Shown here one piece after another: positions 48,895 through 60,317 of a stretch of DNA of 64,000 bases. The notes beneath the pieces were generated by a model that saw nothing but the letters and a program-made list of their open reading frames with translations, ran no database searches and was not told the DNA's origin. Within the stretch, counting starts at the first letter, position 1; the number at the start of each line of letters is the position of its first letter. The translations under genes and the position numbers were made by a program. The stretch comes from Asterias rubens (lineage: Eukaryota): assembly GCF_902459465.1 (NCBI RefSeq), contig NC_047067.1, forward strand, positions 19,592,001 through 19,656,000, read 5' to 3'.

Positions 48895-50354
48895 CTGGAA
48901 ATAAAACGGGTTATTCGCAATGTTAATTAATGTTTTGGTGTACTAAAAGAATGCTTGGATACCTGTGAGATTAAGTACAAAATTAGACACAATGTCTATG
49001 ACCTCACGGGTAGGGTGTCCGTCATAGAGGTCGCTCATCATCCAAAAGGTCATGTAAAAAATGAGATAATTTCCAATAAGCAAATCCGTTCGCATTTTAA
49101 TTTTCTCTTTTATTCTATTTTGAGAAGTGAGTTGTTACGCCAAGAAGAATGTCTCTTGTGCTTTTTGTCTTTTTGCATACAGTGCAAAACGGTTGCGTCC
49201 AAGTGGCCTAATAAGGCTTAGCCTATGTCCAGTATAGGACGCATTATTGCGCCTCAATGGGCTTGGAGCCAGCATTATCAACCTTTGGAAGATTGCTGGT
49301 TCCACAAAGTGACCTATCTGTAATTTTGTTGTAGAACCAAGTGCACATCTCGCTGAACTGGTCGTCGTAATGTCTGGTCCGATGTGTCAACAGCCCCCTA
49401 GAGATGACATGGTCCGACGTTTGGCCGCTTCGACCGAGTAGATTTAAAATTTTAATTATCTTATTTTTTAAAAGAAAGTTGAAGCTTTCGTATATAGTTT
49501 AATGATAGCCGATAGTTAATGATAAGCGATCCTTAATTAAAAAACTAACAATGAATAATTTTTTGGACATGATATAGTATGGCATTATCTTACATCCAAG
49601 AACAACTTTACATGCTTGACATCAAATTGTTGTGTACTGTCCGTGGCATTGTGTGGAATTTGGTGGGTGCTTTTCGTGATAAAACAGCATCATTTGTGTC
49701 AAAATTCGTTCGAGAACTACCTTCAAACATTGTTATTATCATGAAATGAAATTCTTTTGGCAAAAGTAAGGCCCGCAAGTTAAGGTATTGCGCGAAAGAA
49801 AATCTACCACGTATTTTAACGGTCTGGATCCTGACATCATCTCAGGTCCATCAGCCAATTTCATCTAATTTTGCATGTTGTTTTGCATCTTGTTTAGTCC
49901 ATTGTTAATGATTTTGCCATTTGTATCATTTTGAAACAGCACCACCCGTCAACAATTATTTTTTAGGCTTAAATTAATCCATTCACGAAATAAATCAGCA
50001 TTTGGCAAGTGGTAATATAATTTTCTAAATAATTTGTTTTTGGATGGAGTTTACGCCTAAAATTTAGGATTTTGTTTTGTTCCCCGAAAATCTTTTGTTA
50101 TGAGCCGTTTAAGACTATTAAACGTGCGTCCCTTGCGTCCGCATCAAAAAAAAAAAGAGTCTCATCGAGTAAGAACGAGTTACTCTTCCTAGTTTAGGAC
50201 TAGCCTTAAGATGTGAAGGACTTCTAAACCTAAGTTAGGAAAATCTCTGTGAAGTCGACCACAGCAAAATTGAAGCGCCGTATTGGTAAGCAATTCGGCG
50301 GCTCGATTGCTCTGGCACTGAATGAAAACACTCTCTATTACATTGTTACTCACC

Positions 50355-50400
50355 ACTTGTAAATGTCAGTAAAGCAGCGAACACACCTAACGCAACCATC
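50355..50400 (-). CDS. FAMeT-like protein, signal-peptide exon (MVALGVFAALLTFTS)
   Basis: Acceptor ttagttttcAG at 50450, gaagATGG start, hydrophobic run. A phase-1 join gives ...TFTSVVA|HT, a plausible cleavage site, but the phase-1 donor is weak, so the 3' boundary is uncertain. Confidence 0.5.
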
Positions 50401-52499
50401 TTCCCTGCAATCAGATCCAGTTATCAAAGGTTCATGAATTGGATTGAGCTGAAAACTAAATAAGGGCCTATCGCTGCTCTTCGCGCCTTTTTAAGTGATT
50501 GTCTGCCTTGATTGAAATTGAGTCGTCTGCTCATAACAACCAAAAGCAATACTTTAAAGGCACTGGACACGTTTGGTAATTCTGAAAGACAATTATCATT
50601 ATCTTGGTGTATCCCAGATCATAATATTATGCTTCAAATAACAAATCAGTTCTTTGAAGTTGCAAGAGAACACTGAAAGAAAAAACACCCTTGTTGCACA
50701 AAATGTGCTTTTAGCTGCGTAATAAAACACAACACCTCATACAGCTGAAGTCTTTTATTATTTGAGTGAAAAAAAAATCAAAAACTACATTTTATTCAGA
50801 AGGAACAGTTCTTCACAATGTTTTACTATCAACAGCTCTCCATTTGCATTGCTCGTTACCAAGTAACAGTTTTTATGCTAACAGTTTTTTTAGTAGTTAC
50901 CAAAAGTGTTCATAACAGTGCCTTTAAGGTGGTTAACACTCGTGCCGAAACTGTGATAGCATCAATACTGCTGAGTCCACTGTATCAATAAAAACATTGT
51001 CTCAATGTATATAATAATCACACACACGCACAGCACTTTATGGCAGTATGCAAGGTTTGCATATTGATGTGACATGTTGGCACCACGGCCTCAAAATCTA
51101 CTTCAAAACAATTAACTCAGTCTAACTGGTTACCATGGTAAATAAATAATACCTTTTTCTTTTTTTCTTCTTATTATTGATGATTTTTTTTAATGTCATT
51201 CAAGGATTGTCTGATCGATTCGCGTTCCCATTAATTTAAAAGCTGTAAATAATTCTTTTAAAGGGCACTTGGTTAAAAAACAAAAGTTGTTTATTGGTGA
51301 AATATACATTAGTGTTGATGTCACGTTGTTCATTGTTTCATTCAATCGTTCGTTCGTGTGGTCACCACAATTTGACAGGTGCGCGTGTGGGGGGTGGGGG
51401 GGGGGCTGAAGAATCGTCATCGGGCCGTCAGGCTCAGAGCCCCACCCCCCCCCCCCCCCCATGTTGGGGTTCCAAGAATTTGTATTCTTTGTTTGTGTGG
51501 TTTATGGTATAGTCTGGGTGGTTCTACTGTTTCTTGGGAAGTGATTTGCGCGATGATTTCTACTGAGTATGCCTAGGGCCTCCTCTCAGATTGGATTAAC
51601 AAAAAATTGAAAAAATAATTACCTGTATGTATGCTGCCACCTAGCGTCTAATATTGCATAAACTGCTCTTGGCTTGAGGAAACGTTATCCAAAGCTATGT
51701 ATCTCTACATTTGTATGTATATTATCACTAACTAAACTGGACACTTGGTAAGTGCAATCACCGCTTATACACGAACAAAGGCTACGGAGTGGTCAGTCTT
51801 TCCCGTGGTGGCGCTCTTTCGCAAGTATCATACAGAGAGACCCCGCGAGCGCCTTGATCAAAGGCTACCTCTTAACAGTGTTGGGATGGGAATGGGACTT
51901 TGTGATCATAATTTATGTGTGTTCCCTTGTTTTAAGAATGAAAATCCATAATGTTTGATGTTAATAATTTTTTTTTTTGGGTTACAAAATGATATTCATG
52001 AAGGTTGATTTGAACCTTTCAGGCAATCGGTGTCACTTCCAAAATGTTTCTTGTTGGCGATAGAGGGCGGCAGTTAAAGAAACCTGCCACACACGTCGTA
52101 CACACAATCATCCATGCATATCCGCATCCGGCCGGGCCCAAAAGACACAACATCACATCAGTACCACAATCAATAAAAGTTATGGAACAAACCTTATGGT
52201 GCAGAAACTTTACATTTGGATGTCGAATTGTGACCCGTAGACTCTGATAGGAAAACACAAGCAGGTGATGGATACAGAGCAATAAAGAATAATTAGGAAA
52301 TTACTCGGACATGTCGTAGAACCAGAGGGCTTTTAGTTAGTTAGTCGGCAAAAATACGACGAGGTAGGTACGCAGTCGCGACTGTTGTTTGAGTGTTGTT
52401 GTTTGACTCTGCAAATGCAAGGGCCTATAGGAGTGCGTTTTGGCGACCCCAACCAAAACTGTTTTCAACGCGTTTGAAAAACCCCAAAACCATCCACGT

Positions 52500-52733
52500 A
52501 TGATCATGGAGATGGGAGAGGATTATCCACCTAGCCACCTTTGGCACGCCGATCTTGCGTCCGACACAGCAGAAAAGATGCTTCGGGAGTACATTCTCAA
52601 CGCCGAGAGTGAGTCTCCGCGGTTCACCAGACTAGAGAGGGACCTAACAGAGTGTTGGGCTTGTATGGAAGTTTATCACAAAGAGAGGGAAAAGATTGTC
52701 AGCAAAATGCCGCAGATCGGATATTATGATAGG
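52500..52733 (+). CDS. SETX: Senataxin exon 1 (coding)
   Basis: LREYILN..DLTECWACMEVYHKER resembles the SETX N-terminus (LKRYASN..DLCYCLECVAEYHKAR). Donor AGG|GTAGGT, phase 0. The exact start Met is uncertain. Confidence 0.8.
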
Positions 52734-53646
52734 GTAGGTCAAGTTTGTTGTTGGGGTGTTGGGTTGGGGTTTTTTTTTTTTTTTGGGGGGGGGGTGTTTG
52801 TTCGAAGTGAACATGTTTGCAGGATCTCAGATTCAAATTTTGGGGCCTAAAATCTTTTATATTTTTACATTTAAGTAAGCACATTACTTTGAGGTTTTAA
52901 CTTAAAAGTGTTTCTTGAAATGCTTTATACTGTCAAATACTGTAGGCTTCTAAATAAAGGATTTTATTGCCATTAATTTTAAGAGTGATAACCAACAGTA
53001 CACCCTCTTTTGATAATAGGAGTACTTACTTTTAGAGCATGTTATCATTGTAACTAGAGAAGGAAACATTTCTCTTCGGCCTGTTTTCGGGGAGGATTAA
53101 AAAATAAAAAGGGGCTAGCTCATGAATGGTTATAATATGGGTCCGGACCATGTGGTATTCACACCCCTTTGTATTCTGTATATTTCATGATTCAGTTGCA
53201 GTGTATTGCTCATACTGTAAGGGAATTCCCCATTGAGTAATGAGAAAAGTCCAATGTGTGTGACCTTCAGGAATGCCATTATTTTGTGCCAGTTCATGAT
53301 GTCGCCCTCTATTGACCACACCTACATCACAGCTTAGTTTTATTCCACTCTGTTGTTCTTAAGGCACTGGAAACATTTGGTTATTACTCAAAGTATTTAT
53401 AAAAACTCACCTGGTAACGAGCAACGGAGAGCTGTTGATAATGTAAAATCGATAGGATTTCCAGCGATATCTCAAAAAATGCAAACACCTTTTGAATGGA
53501 AATTTTCACATGTTAGTTTTATTGTATCAACTAATTTTGAATTAAAACAATCGAACCGTTTCAAAGGTATTCTTTGCTCTTAAATTGGATGCATTTGACT
53601 GGAATAATGGAACATATTTTCAAAACAATTTGTTTTTCTCTGGTAG

Positions 53647-53773
53647 ATTCTGTTCAAGTTGGAAGAGAAGCGACTGAAACAATTGTTGGGTCAAGAAATT
53701 GACGAAGAGGAAGTTTTAGTTCCAATTCACGAAGTCACTGAGCACCCATTCCTTCTCTTCAACCAAGAAATAG
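53647..53773 (+). CDS. SETX: Senataxin exon 2
   Basis: ILFKLEEKRL..VPIHEVTEHPFLLF (like VLWELETLRL..VPLLEILKYPYLLL). AG/GT boundaries, phase 0->1. Confidence 0.85.
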
Positions 53774-54320
53774 GTAAAATATTTGGCAGTCTGTGCTGGA
53801 CTTAAAGATGGTATCCTAAGTTTGTACTTTAAATAGACCATTGCACATAACACAGGCTTGATACTTCACAAAGGCAACAAAGGCAATTGCCTCCATACTT
53901 TGCCCTCGAAATGCTCCAGTAAAAATTTAAAATTTTCTCATAGGGTGCCCTTTACCTAGGAAAATATGCCTTGTTGCCCTAGCCCTTTCAAAAATGAAGC
54001 ATACGGGCCTGACGTCCCACCCTCAAACAGCGCCCTTACTGACGCAAAGAGAGGCAGATTGTTGGACGGCACAGGGAAAAAACAGGCTACCCAAGCATTA
54101 GGTACAATTTGGAATGAGCAGATGTAAATGTCTAGTGGCCCATTTCACAAAGATAGTCCTACAGTCCTAGAAGTTATTCAAACTAAAGGCTTATCCTAAG
54201 TTAGGCAGAGTACACTCTGAAGCACTGAGTATAATGGTGCTTTACACACTAGATGTAGACGGGTAAAACCTGCTTTGCTTTTCTTTGATAATTTTGTCTT
54301 TCTTTTCTTTTTCCGATCAG

Positions 54321-54433
54321 CGTCTGCATTCTGCAGTAAGCTCATGGAGTTAAATAACAGCTTTGGCTTGGAGGCATTCTTACCTCAACATGTACCATCT
54401 CTTTATCTACTAGTCATACATCCTATTAAAGAG
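54321..54433 (+). CDS. SETX: Senataxin exon 3
   Basis: PSLYLLVIHPIKE (like PGIYLFLVHPNEM). Phase 1->0. Confidence 0.85.
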
Positions 54434-54600
54434 GTAAGCTACCGATACTCACCAACAAGAACTTCATCTTTCTTTAAAAACATAAAGGGAATGTACACCT
54501 GTATAATCGTTTGACTGTTTTAAGACTATATAAATGTAGCTTTGTATACGGCATCAAAAACTTGCAGAAATTTAATTTCAGAAGGTGGTAGCAGTTTTGA

Positions 54601-55452
54601 GATACCCATGCCTACATCCTTACAGACTGTGAAGGGGGTAACCCTGTTTCAGCCCTAGGAGTGGGTGGCTCCTTGTGGATGATACCCATGCCTACATCCT
54701 TACAGACTGTGAAGGGGGTAACCCTGTTTCAGCCCTAGGAGTAGGTGGCTCCTAGTGGATGATACCCATGCCTACATCCTTACAGACTGTGAAGGGGGTA
54801 ACCCTGTTTCAGCCCTAGGAGTAGGTAGCTCCTATTGGATGATACCCATGCCTACATCCTTACAGACTGTGAAGGGGGTAACCCTGTTTCAGCCCTAGGA
54901 GTAGGTGGCTCCTAGTGGATGATACCCATGCCTACATCCTTACAGACTGTGAAGGGGGTAACCCTGTTTCAGCCCTAGGAGTAGGTGGCTCCTAGTGGAT
55001 GATACCCATGCCTACATCCTTACAGACTGTGAAGGGGGTAACCCTGTTTCAGCCCTAGGAGTAGGTAGCTCCTATTGGATGATACCCATGCCTACATCCT
55101 TACAGACTGTGAAGGGGGTAACCCTGTTTCAGCCCTAGGAGTGGGTGGCTCCTAGTGGATGATACCCATGCCTACATCCTTACAGACTGTGAAGGGGGTA
55201 ACCCTGTTTCAGCCCTAGGAGTAGGTGGCTCCTAGTGGATGATACCCATGCTTACATCCTTACAGACTGTGAAGGGGGTAACCCTGTTTCAGCCCTAGGA
55301 GTAGGTGGCTCCTTGTGGATGATACCCATGCCTACATCCTTACAGACTGTGAAGGGGGTAACCCTGTTTCAGCCCTAGGAGTAGGTGGCTCCTAGTGGAT
55401 GATACCCATGCCTACATCCTTACAGACTGTGAAGGGGGTAACCCTGTTTCAG
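54601..55452. repeat. 80-bp minisatellite, 10 full units plus 1 partial, in SETX intron 3
   Basis: Units start every 80 bp from 54601 (gatacccatgcctacatcc...ctcctagtggat). Confidence 0.97.
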
Positions 55453-55734
55453 GAGTAGTCGGCAACCTGCCCCTGGTGGCACTGATTTAGGTCGACAGCC
55501 ATAATCAGTGGCTGTCCGGCCTTGTGATGTTAGGTGACCTAGTCTCATAAATAATAAATAAAATTGAAAAAATTACTAGTGTACTTGTGGGTACAGCCAT
55601 GTATACAATTCTCTTGAGGAGAAGAGTTGGCTTTCAGAAAGCAGTGGTCTGGATGTTTCCAAGAACATATACTCTGCTTCGTGGGGAGGCAAGGCTGGAC
55701 TGCTAATGAATTTGGTGGATCTTTTTTGGTACCT

Positions 55735-55937
55735 ATAGACCGTATTGAATAACCCTTTTTTGCCATGAAAAGTCGCCATCTTGTAGGGCAAACCGTATGC
55801 GCGTCCAAATGCATACATCATCAAAGCATGCAACATTTCCGGTTTGATTTCTACGGCACATGCACACACACACGCACAAACACCATCTTGTAGGTCAGAT
55901 ATTTGAGCCGCGTGACGTCATATTCAATACGGTCTAT
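55735..55937. mobile_element. MITE with 17-bp TIRs
   Basis: ATAGACCGTATTGAATA ... TATTCAATACGGTCTAT, ending about 30 bp before SETX exon 4. Confidence 0.7.
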
Positions 55938-55969
55938 TGCAATAATTTGATTCTGTTTTTGGTAAAAAG

Positions 55970-56198
55970 GTCAGAGAGTTAGCCTGGCAATGTCTACAGC
56001 AGCCCGATCATCATATAACCCCTGACCTTTATGATGACATCAGTCCAGTCTTGAGTTGGGTGTTGAATCTCCACATTGCTGGCTGTCTGGATCAACCAAT
56101 GATGGAAGTATTTAGTTACAATCAGTCGCCGAGCAAGGTGGACGTTCTTCCACGTCACCTGGTATGCACATCACAGTCGCATATTTTCTACTGGCAAG
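55970..56198 (+). CDS. SETX: Senataxin exon 4
   Basis: VRELAW..LYDDISPVL..LPRHL..FYWQG (like VRRWA..YYDLQEVL..LPSHM..YWLG). Phase 0->1. Confidence 0.85.
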
Positions 56199-56347
56199 GT
56201 TAGTATTTTTTTATTACTATTATTTGTTTTGTTATAATAAACACTTCACCCTGAAATATAAATGTGCATACATAGAAATGTGTGTAAGCACTGTATACTT
56301 TGTACTTTCTCGACAGTAATAATCTTGGTTTTTCCTTCTTCATGCAG

Positions 56348-56461
56348 GGGTTACTCGTCTGTTTGAGATCTTCAGTGAAGAGGCACTCAAACATCGCTTC
56401 ATGAATTCCGAGAGCCACAAGCAGTTTATCCCAGTCTTGATTGACACTCTTTCTGTCCATG
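56348..56461 (+). CDS. SETX: Senataxin exon 5
   Basis: Open frame GVTRLFEIFSEEAL... Strong AG/GT boundaries, phase 1->1. Confidence 0.85.
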
Positions 56462-56690
56462 GTAAGCAATTTGTAAGCATGGAAAGGAAATGATTATCTA
56501 ACCTCTGCCTAGAATTGGGATGAAAATTATTTTTGTGACATTGTTTTCCTAATTTCTCAAAAACTACAGCACCTCAGCAAGTCATATTGTCAGGGAAATT
56601 TCCTACTATCCTTATCTTCAAACTGTGCAAGTTTAATGTAAATCTGACGATATTGTGTATTGTGTTACAAAAAGTACCCAAACTTTTCAA

Positions 56691-57069
56691 AGGCAGTGGA
56701 CACTATTGGTAATTACTCAAAATAATTTTTAGCATAAAACCTTTCTTGGTGACGAGTAATGGGGAGAGATTGATGGTATTAAACATTGTGAGAAACGGCT
56801 CCCTCTGAAGTGGTATAGTTTTTGAGAAAGAAGTCATTTTCCACGAATTTGATTTCGAGACCTCAGATTTAGAACTTGAGGTCTCGAAATCAATCATCTA
56901 ACTGCACACAACTTCGTGTGACAAGGGTGTTTTTTTCTTTCATTATTATCTCGCAACTTCGATGACTGATTGAGCTCAACTTTTCACAGGTTAGTTATTT
57001 TATGCATATGTTGAGATACACCAACTGTGAACACTAGTCTTTGACAATTACCAATAGTGTCCACTGTCT
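56691..57069 (+). mobile_element. Kolobok-type MITE, full length, in SETX intron 5
   Basis: TIRs as in the 17759 copy. Right flank TTAA, left flank TCAA. Confidence 0.85.
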
Positions 57070-57136
57070 TTAAGTGCCTTGCTCAAATGCACAAGTGTCA
57101 TTAGATTAAGAGTCTCAGGCCTTGGTTTTGATTCAG

Positions 57137-57305
57137 ATGAAGATTCCAGCACAGACTCTCCATTCTGGTGGCAGTTACAGTGCCTTACGCATCTGATGGA
57201 CAAACTGGGTAGCACTGTGTGGCAGGACATCTCCAAGGCCAAGATTGAAGGTTTCTTCAATAATATTAAGATGCACCCAGTGTTCTTGTTGGCTCCTCTC
57301 AATAG
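57137..57305 (+). CDS. SETX: Senataxin exon 6
   Basis: SPFWWQLQCLTHLMDKLGSTVWQ (like DPFWPALHCFMVILDRLGSKVWG). Phase 1->2. Confidence 0.9.
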
Positions 57306-57592
57306 GTAAGTTGTAGACCATGATAAGAATGGCTATAATCCTCAAACATATTCATGACCGAGAGTCAAATTCTCACTGGTCCATTCACGTGCCAGTTGCT
57401 ATCTTTGCTATCTACCAAGTGCGCGCGAGTATTCACACACATGGTAAATATGCATGACAAGTAGACTAACACCTGGGCAGCCCAAGTCTACTTGTAATGC
57501 GCATATATGTGGCTGACTGGGCAGCTCAGTGAGTAGAGAGCATGCACATTAATCCGAAGGTCGAGTTAACCCAAAATTGTAATTATTTACAG

Positions 57593-58845
57593 CGGCTGCA
57601 ACTCCGCTCGGTTGAGGAGAGATCCTACTACAGTTACTCAGTCCTCGTTACAAGTTGACCCATCGGAGCCCATCCAGTGGATCATACCATACATCAAGTC
57701 ACTAGTGGATTTCGGTGGTTCGGTATCCCACATCTTCTGTGCAGTCGTCACATTCCTGTGTATGTTCTCAGAACAACAAAGCGACAGTGACGCTGAAGCC
57801 AGATGTCACAATCCGCCAGGTGCTTTGAATGAAAAACACATGCTAGCTCTTGTCAGGGTCCTTGAGTGTCTTCAGAAGAATTCCCTACTTCGTACGCTGG
57901 TCTGCAAGAACAAGACTCCACAATGGCTTAAGGCCTTGCTGACCTTCTTGAAGCAACATCCACCGGTATGTTCTAGCTCTGACTTATCTACACTCGTAGC
58001 GCTATCGAACGAGTCTCGACAGCTTCTTATGGATGTATTCCGTAGCTCAAAGAAGCATAATAGAGGCCAGTCATTCAGGTACATTAAGATGCTAAGCCTG
58101 CCCTCGAGACTGTCTGCTGCTAAGCCGGGATCATCAGCTGCTCAGAATGGGGACCCGAAGAAGCTATGGGAGGTCAACCTCAATGGGGAAGAGTTCAACG
58201 ATTGTGTTAAGTTTGTTGAAGAGACACTTTGGGGGAAGCCTCTGACCAGCAAGAGAACACCTCAAAGTTTAGACGAAACAAGTCGAAGACTGCTTGACTT
58301 GTCCAAACAACCCATGAGTACTCCGGTCAGAGACATTAATCCCCAGAGACCAAAACAACTATCAGTAAATACAAAACATTTCAGCAGTTCTTCCCCGTCA
58401 TCATCGGAAAGTCCAGAGTCTGCGCAAAGTCCAGTAGCGCCCTCTAGAACTCCTTGTCGAAACCTCGCAGGTGAATTTGCAAAGGATCTGAAACCCACCA
58501 AGGATGAACTGATCGGGTCTCAGAGTAGTCTAGAATTGGAACCGTTTCCAGAGGAGAATGAAATCTTCCAAATATCGTCCGATCAGGAATCCTCTGATCA
58601 GGAATCCGATCGTAAAGAAAGGGAATTCAAAGTGAAGTATGAGATTATACCGAGTACTTCCACATCGAAGGCTGATAAAGGATGTTCGGCAACGTACAAC
58701 TCGCTGCTTAGCTCTGGCGATGATGTGGCTTTGATTTCCGATGTTAGAGCAACAGGCGATTCCAGCAGCTCCCTTGAAGATGTTTTCGCAGCTCAAAGCT
58801 TCCAAGTTAAGATCCAGAAAGAAGAACAACAAATAAAAAAAGAAG
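57593..58845 (+). CDS. SETX: Senataxin exon 7
   Basis: IQWIIPYIKSLVDFG (like FLWFIPFVQSLMDL). Acceptor at 57592, donor AAG|GTAAGC. Phase 2->1. Confidence 0.88.
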
Positions 58846-58949
58846 GTAAGCAGAAATTACTTCTCCCAGCCACCCACAAAACCTCCCATCCATCTCATCT
58901 GGTTTTTTTTCTCGTTTTTTCTGAAAAATTAATGTACATTTAGTTGTAG

Positions 58950-59860
58950 AGTCATGACGTCTCATGGCCGAGCAGTTTATTGCTCAAGTTTATTAAGCAC
59001 AAGAAGTAGTTAAGCACAAAAAATGTGCTTACCAGGAAAAAGCTACCAGCCAAAATACCATATCACATGTGCAATGTGACTGGTAACCTGCTTACTTTTG
59101 CTTACTTTTTGATTTAGCACTACATTCTGCAATTTAAGCAGCTCTATGAAGTTGGGCCCAGGGGTCGATTTCACAAAGAGTTAGGACTAGTCCTAACTTA
59201 GGACTAGTCCTAGGAGATATACAAATTGCATTGTTAGTACTAAGTTAGGACGAGTAACTGGTCCTAACTCGAGTTAAGACTAGTCCTAACTCTTTGTGAA
59301 ATCCACCCCTGGTGGCTTAGTCATCAGGATTTGGGTATAAATCACACTCATGACAATTGTGTCTTTGGTTTAGGGAATGAAATAAAGTTGGATGGCACTT
59401 CCAGACCACATGTAGAAACAAGTTGGAAAAAGTCATCATTTCATTAGAAATTATTTTCTTTGGTGGTGTCTTACTCAAGATCCGGTGTTTCTGATCAGCA
59501 TAATGTGAGTTCGAGTCCCAGTCATGACACCTGTGTCCTTCAGCAAGACACTTAAACCATGATGCTTTGCCTTTGGTCATGTTGGTTGTGCAACGCACAA
59601 TAAATAACCCAGTGCACTTGTATCGAAAAAAGAAGGGGCTCCCCACCTGTGTTCCTGGTTATTGGCAGCAAATTGCGCCACAGCACTTTGTAACCATTAC
59701 ATGGTGCTATGGTATAGGAGTAGGTCTCATAATTCAAATGTCGTCCCACATACCTTGCTAGAAATACTGGATGTCAAAACTCCTTGAGCGTCACTAAGTG
59801 ACGGATCATCACTGAGTGACGGATATGGGTGCTATAAGAAGCCATTATTATTACTATAAT
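58950..59860 (+). mobile_element. tRNA-SINE split by inserted MITE A (58979-59157), MITE B (59158-59312) and unassigned DNA
   Basis: SINE A-box at about 58963-58978. The SINE resumes at about 59473 (actcaagatccggtgtttctgatcagca), as in the intact 23770 copy. Confidence 0.65.
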
Positions 59861-59904
59861 TATTGTTGTTATATTATTAACGTTATTTTATCACTTTTCA
59901 ACAG

Positions 59905-59949
59905 GAGGTTCTCCATGTGTAATACTGGAAAGAGTTCCTCAACTTGAAG
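59905..59949 (+). CDS. SETX: Senataxin exon 8 (45-nt micro-exon, GGSPCVILERVPQLE)
   Basis: Acceptor cttttcaacAG, donor GAAG|GTAAAT. Phase 1-1, open frame. Confidence 0.7.
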
Positions 59950-60317
59950 GTAAATATTACTCAAAGCATAGATTAACATAAATATATTTTCGAAAGTAAA
60001 GAATGAATATGAACTTGCAGCCTTAAAGAACTAATCTGTGTCAATATAAAAGGCAAAGTATATCTTTGGTTTTTGGATTTTTTTTTGAGATTTCACTGGA
60101 AATCCAGAGCGAATTTGTCCACGCAGGAAGAATAATCCCTAATAGGAATACACAATCTACAATGTAAGAGATGGTACTGAAAGTATTGATTATTTAGATT
60201 AAAATTTGAGGACACAAAAATTGATACCTTTTTACATTTATAACCACATTACTTCGAATAGAAATTGTTCACAAAATTGTTTATACTATTGAAAGCTGCG
60301 GTAGGCTTCTAACCAAA

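Noticed and set aside
49250-49440. Possible extra minus-strand exon of the FAMeT-like gene (HYDDQFSEMCTWFYNK)
   Set aside because: The available donors and acceptors do not give phases compatible with the flanking exons. Left uncalled.
54601-55452. CRISPR array
   Set aside because: No unique spacers (units are whole-length near-identical), no cas genes, and a eukaryotic intron context.
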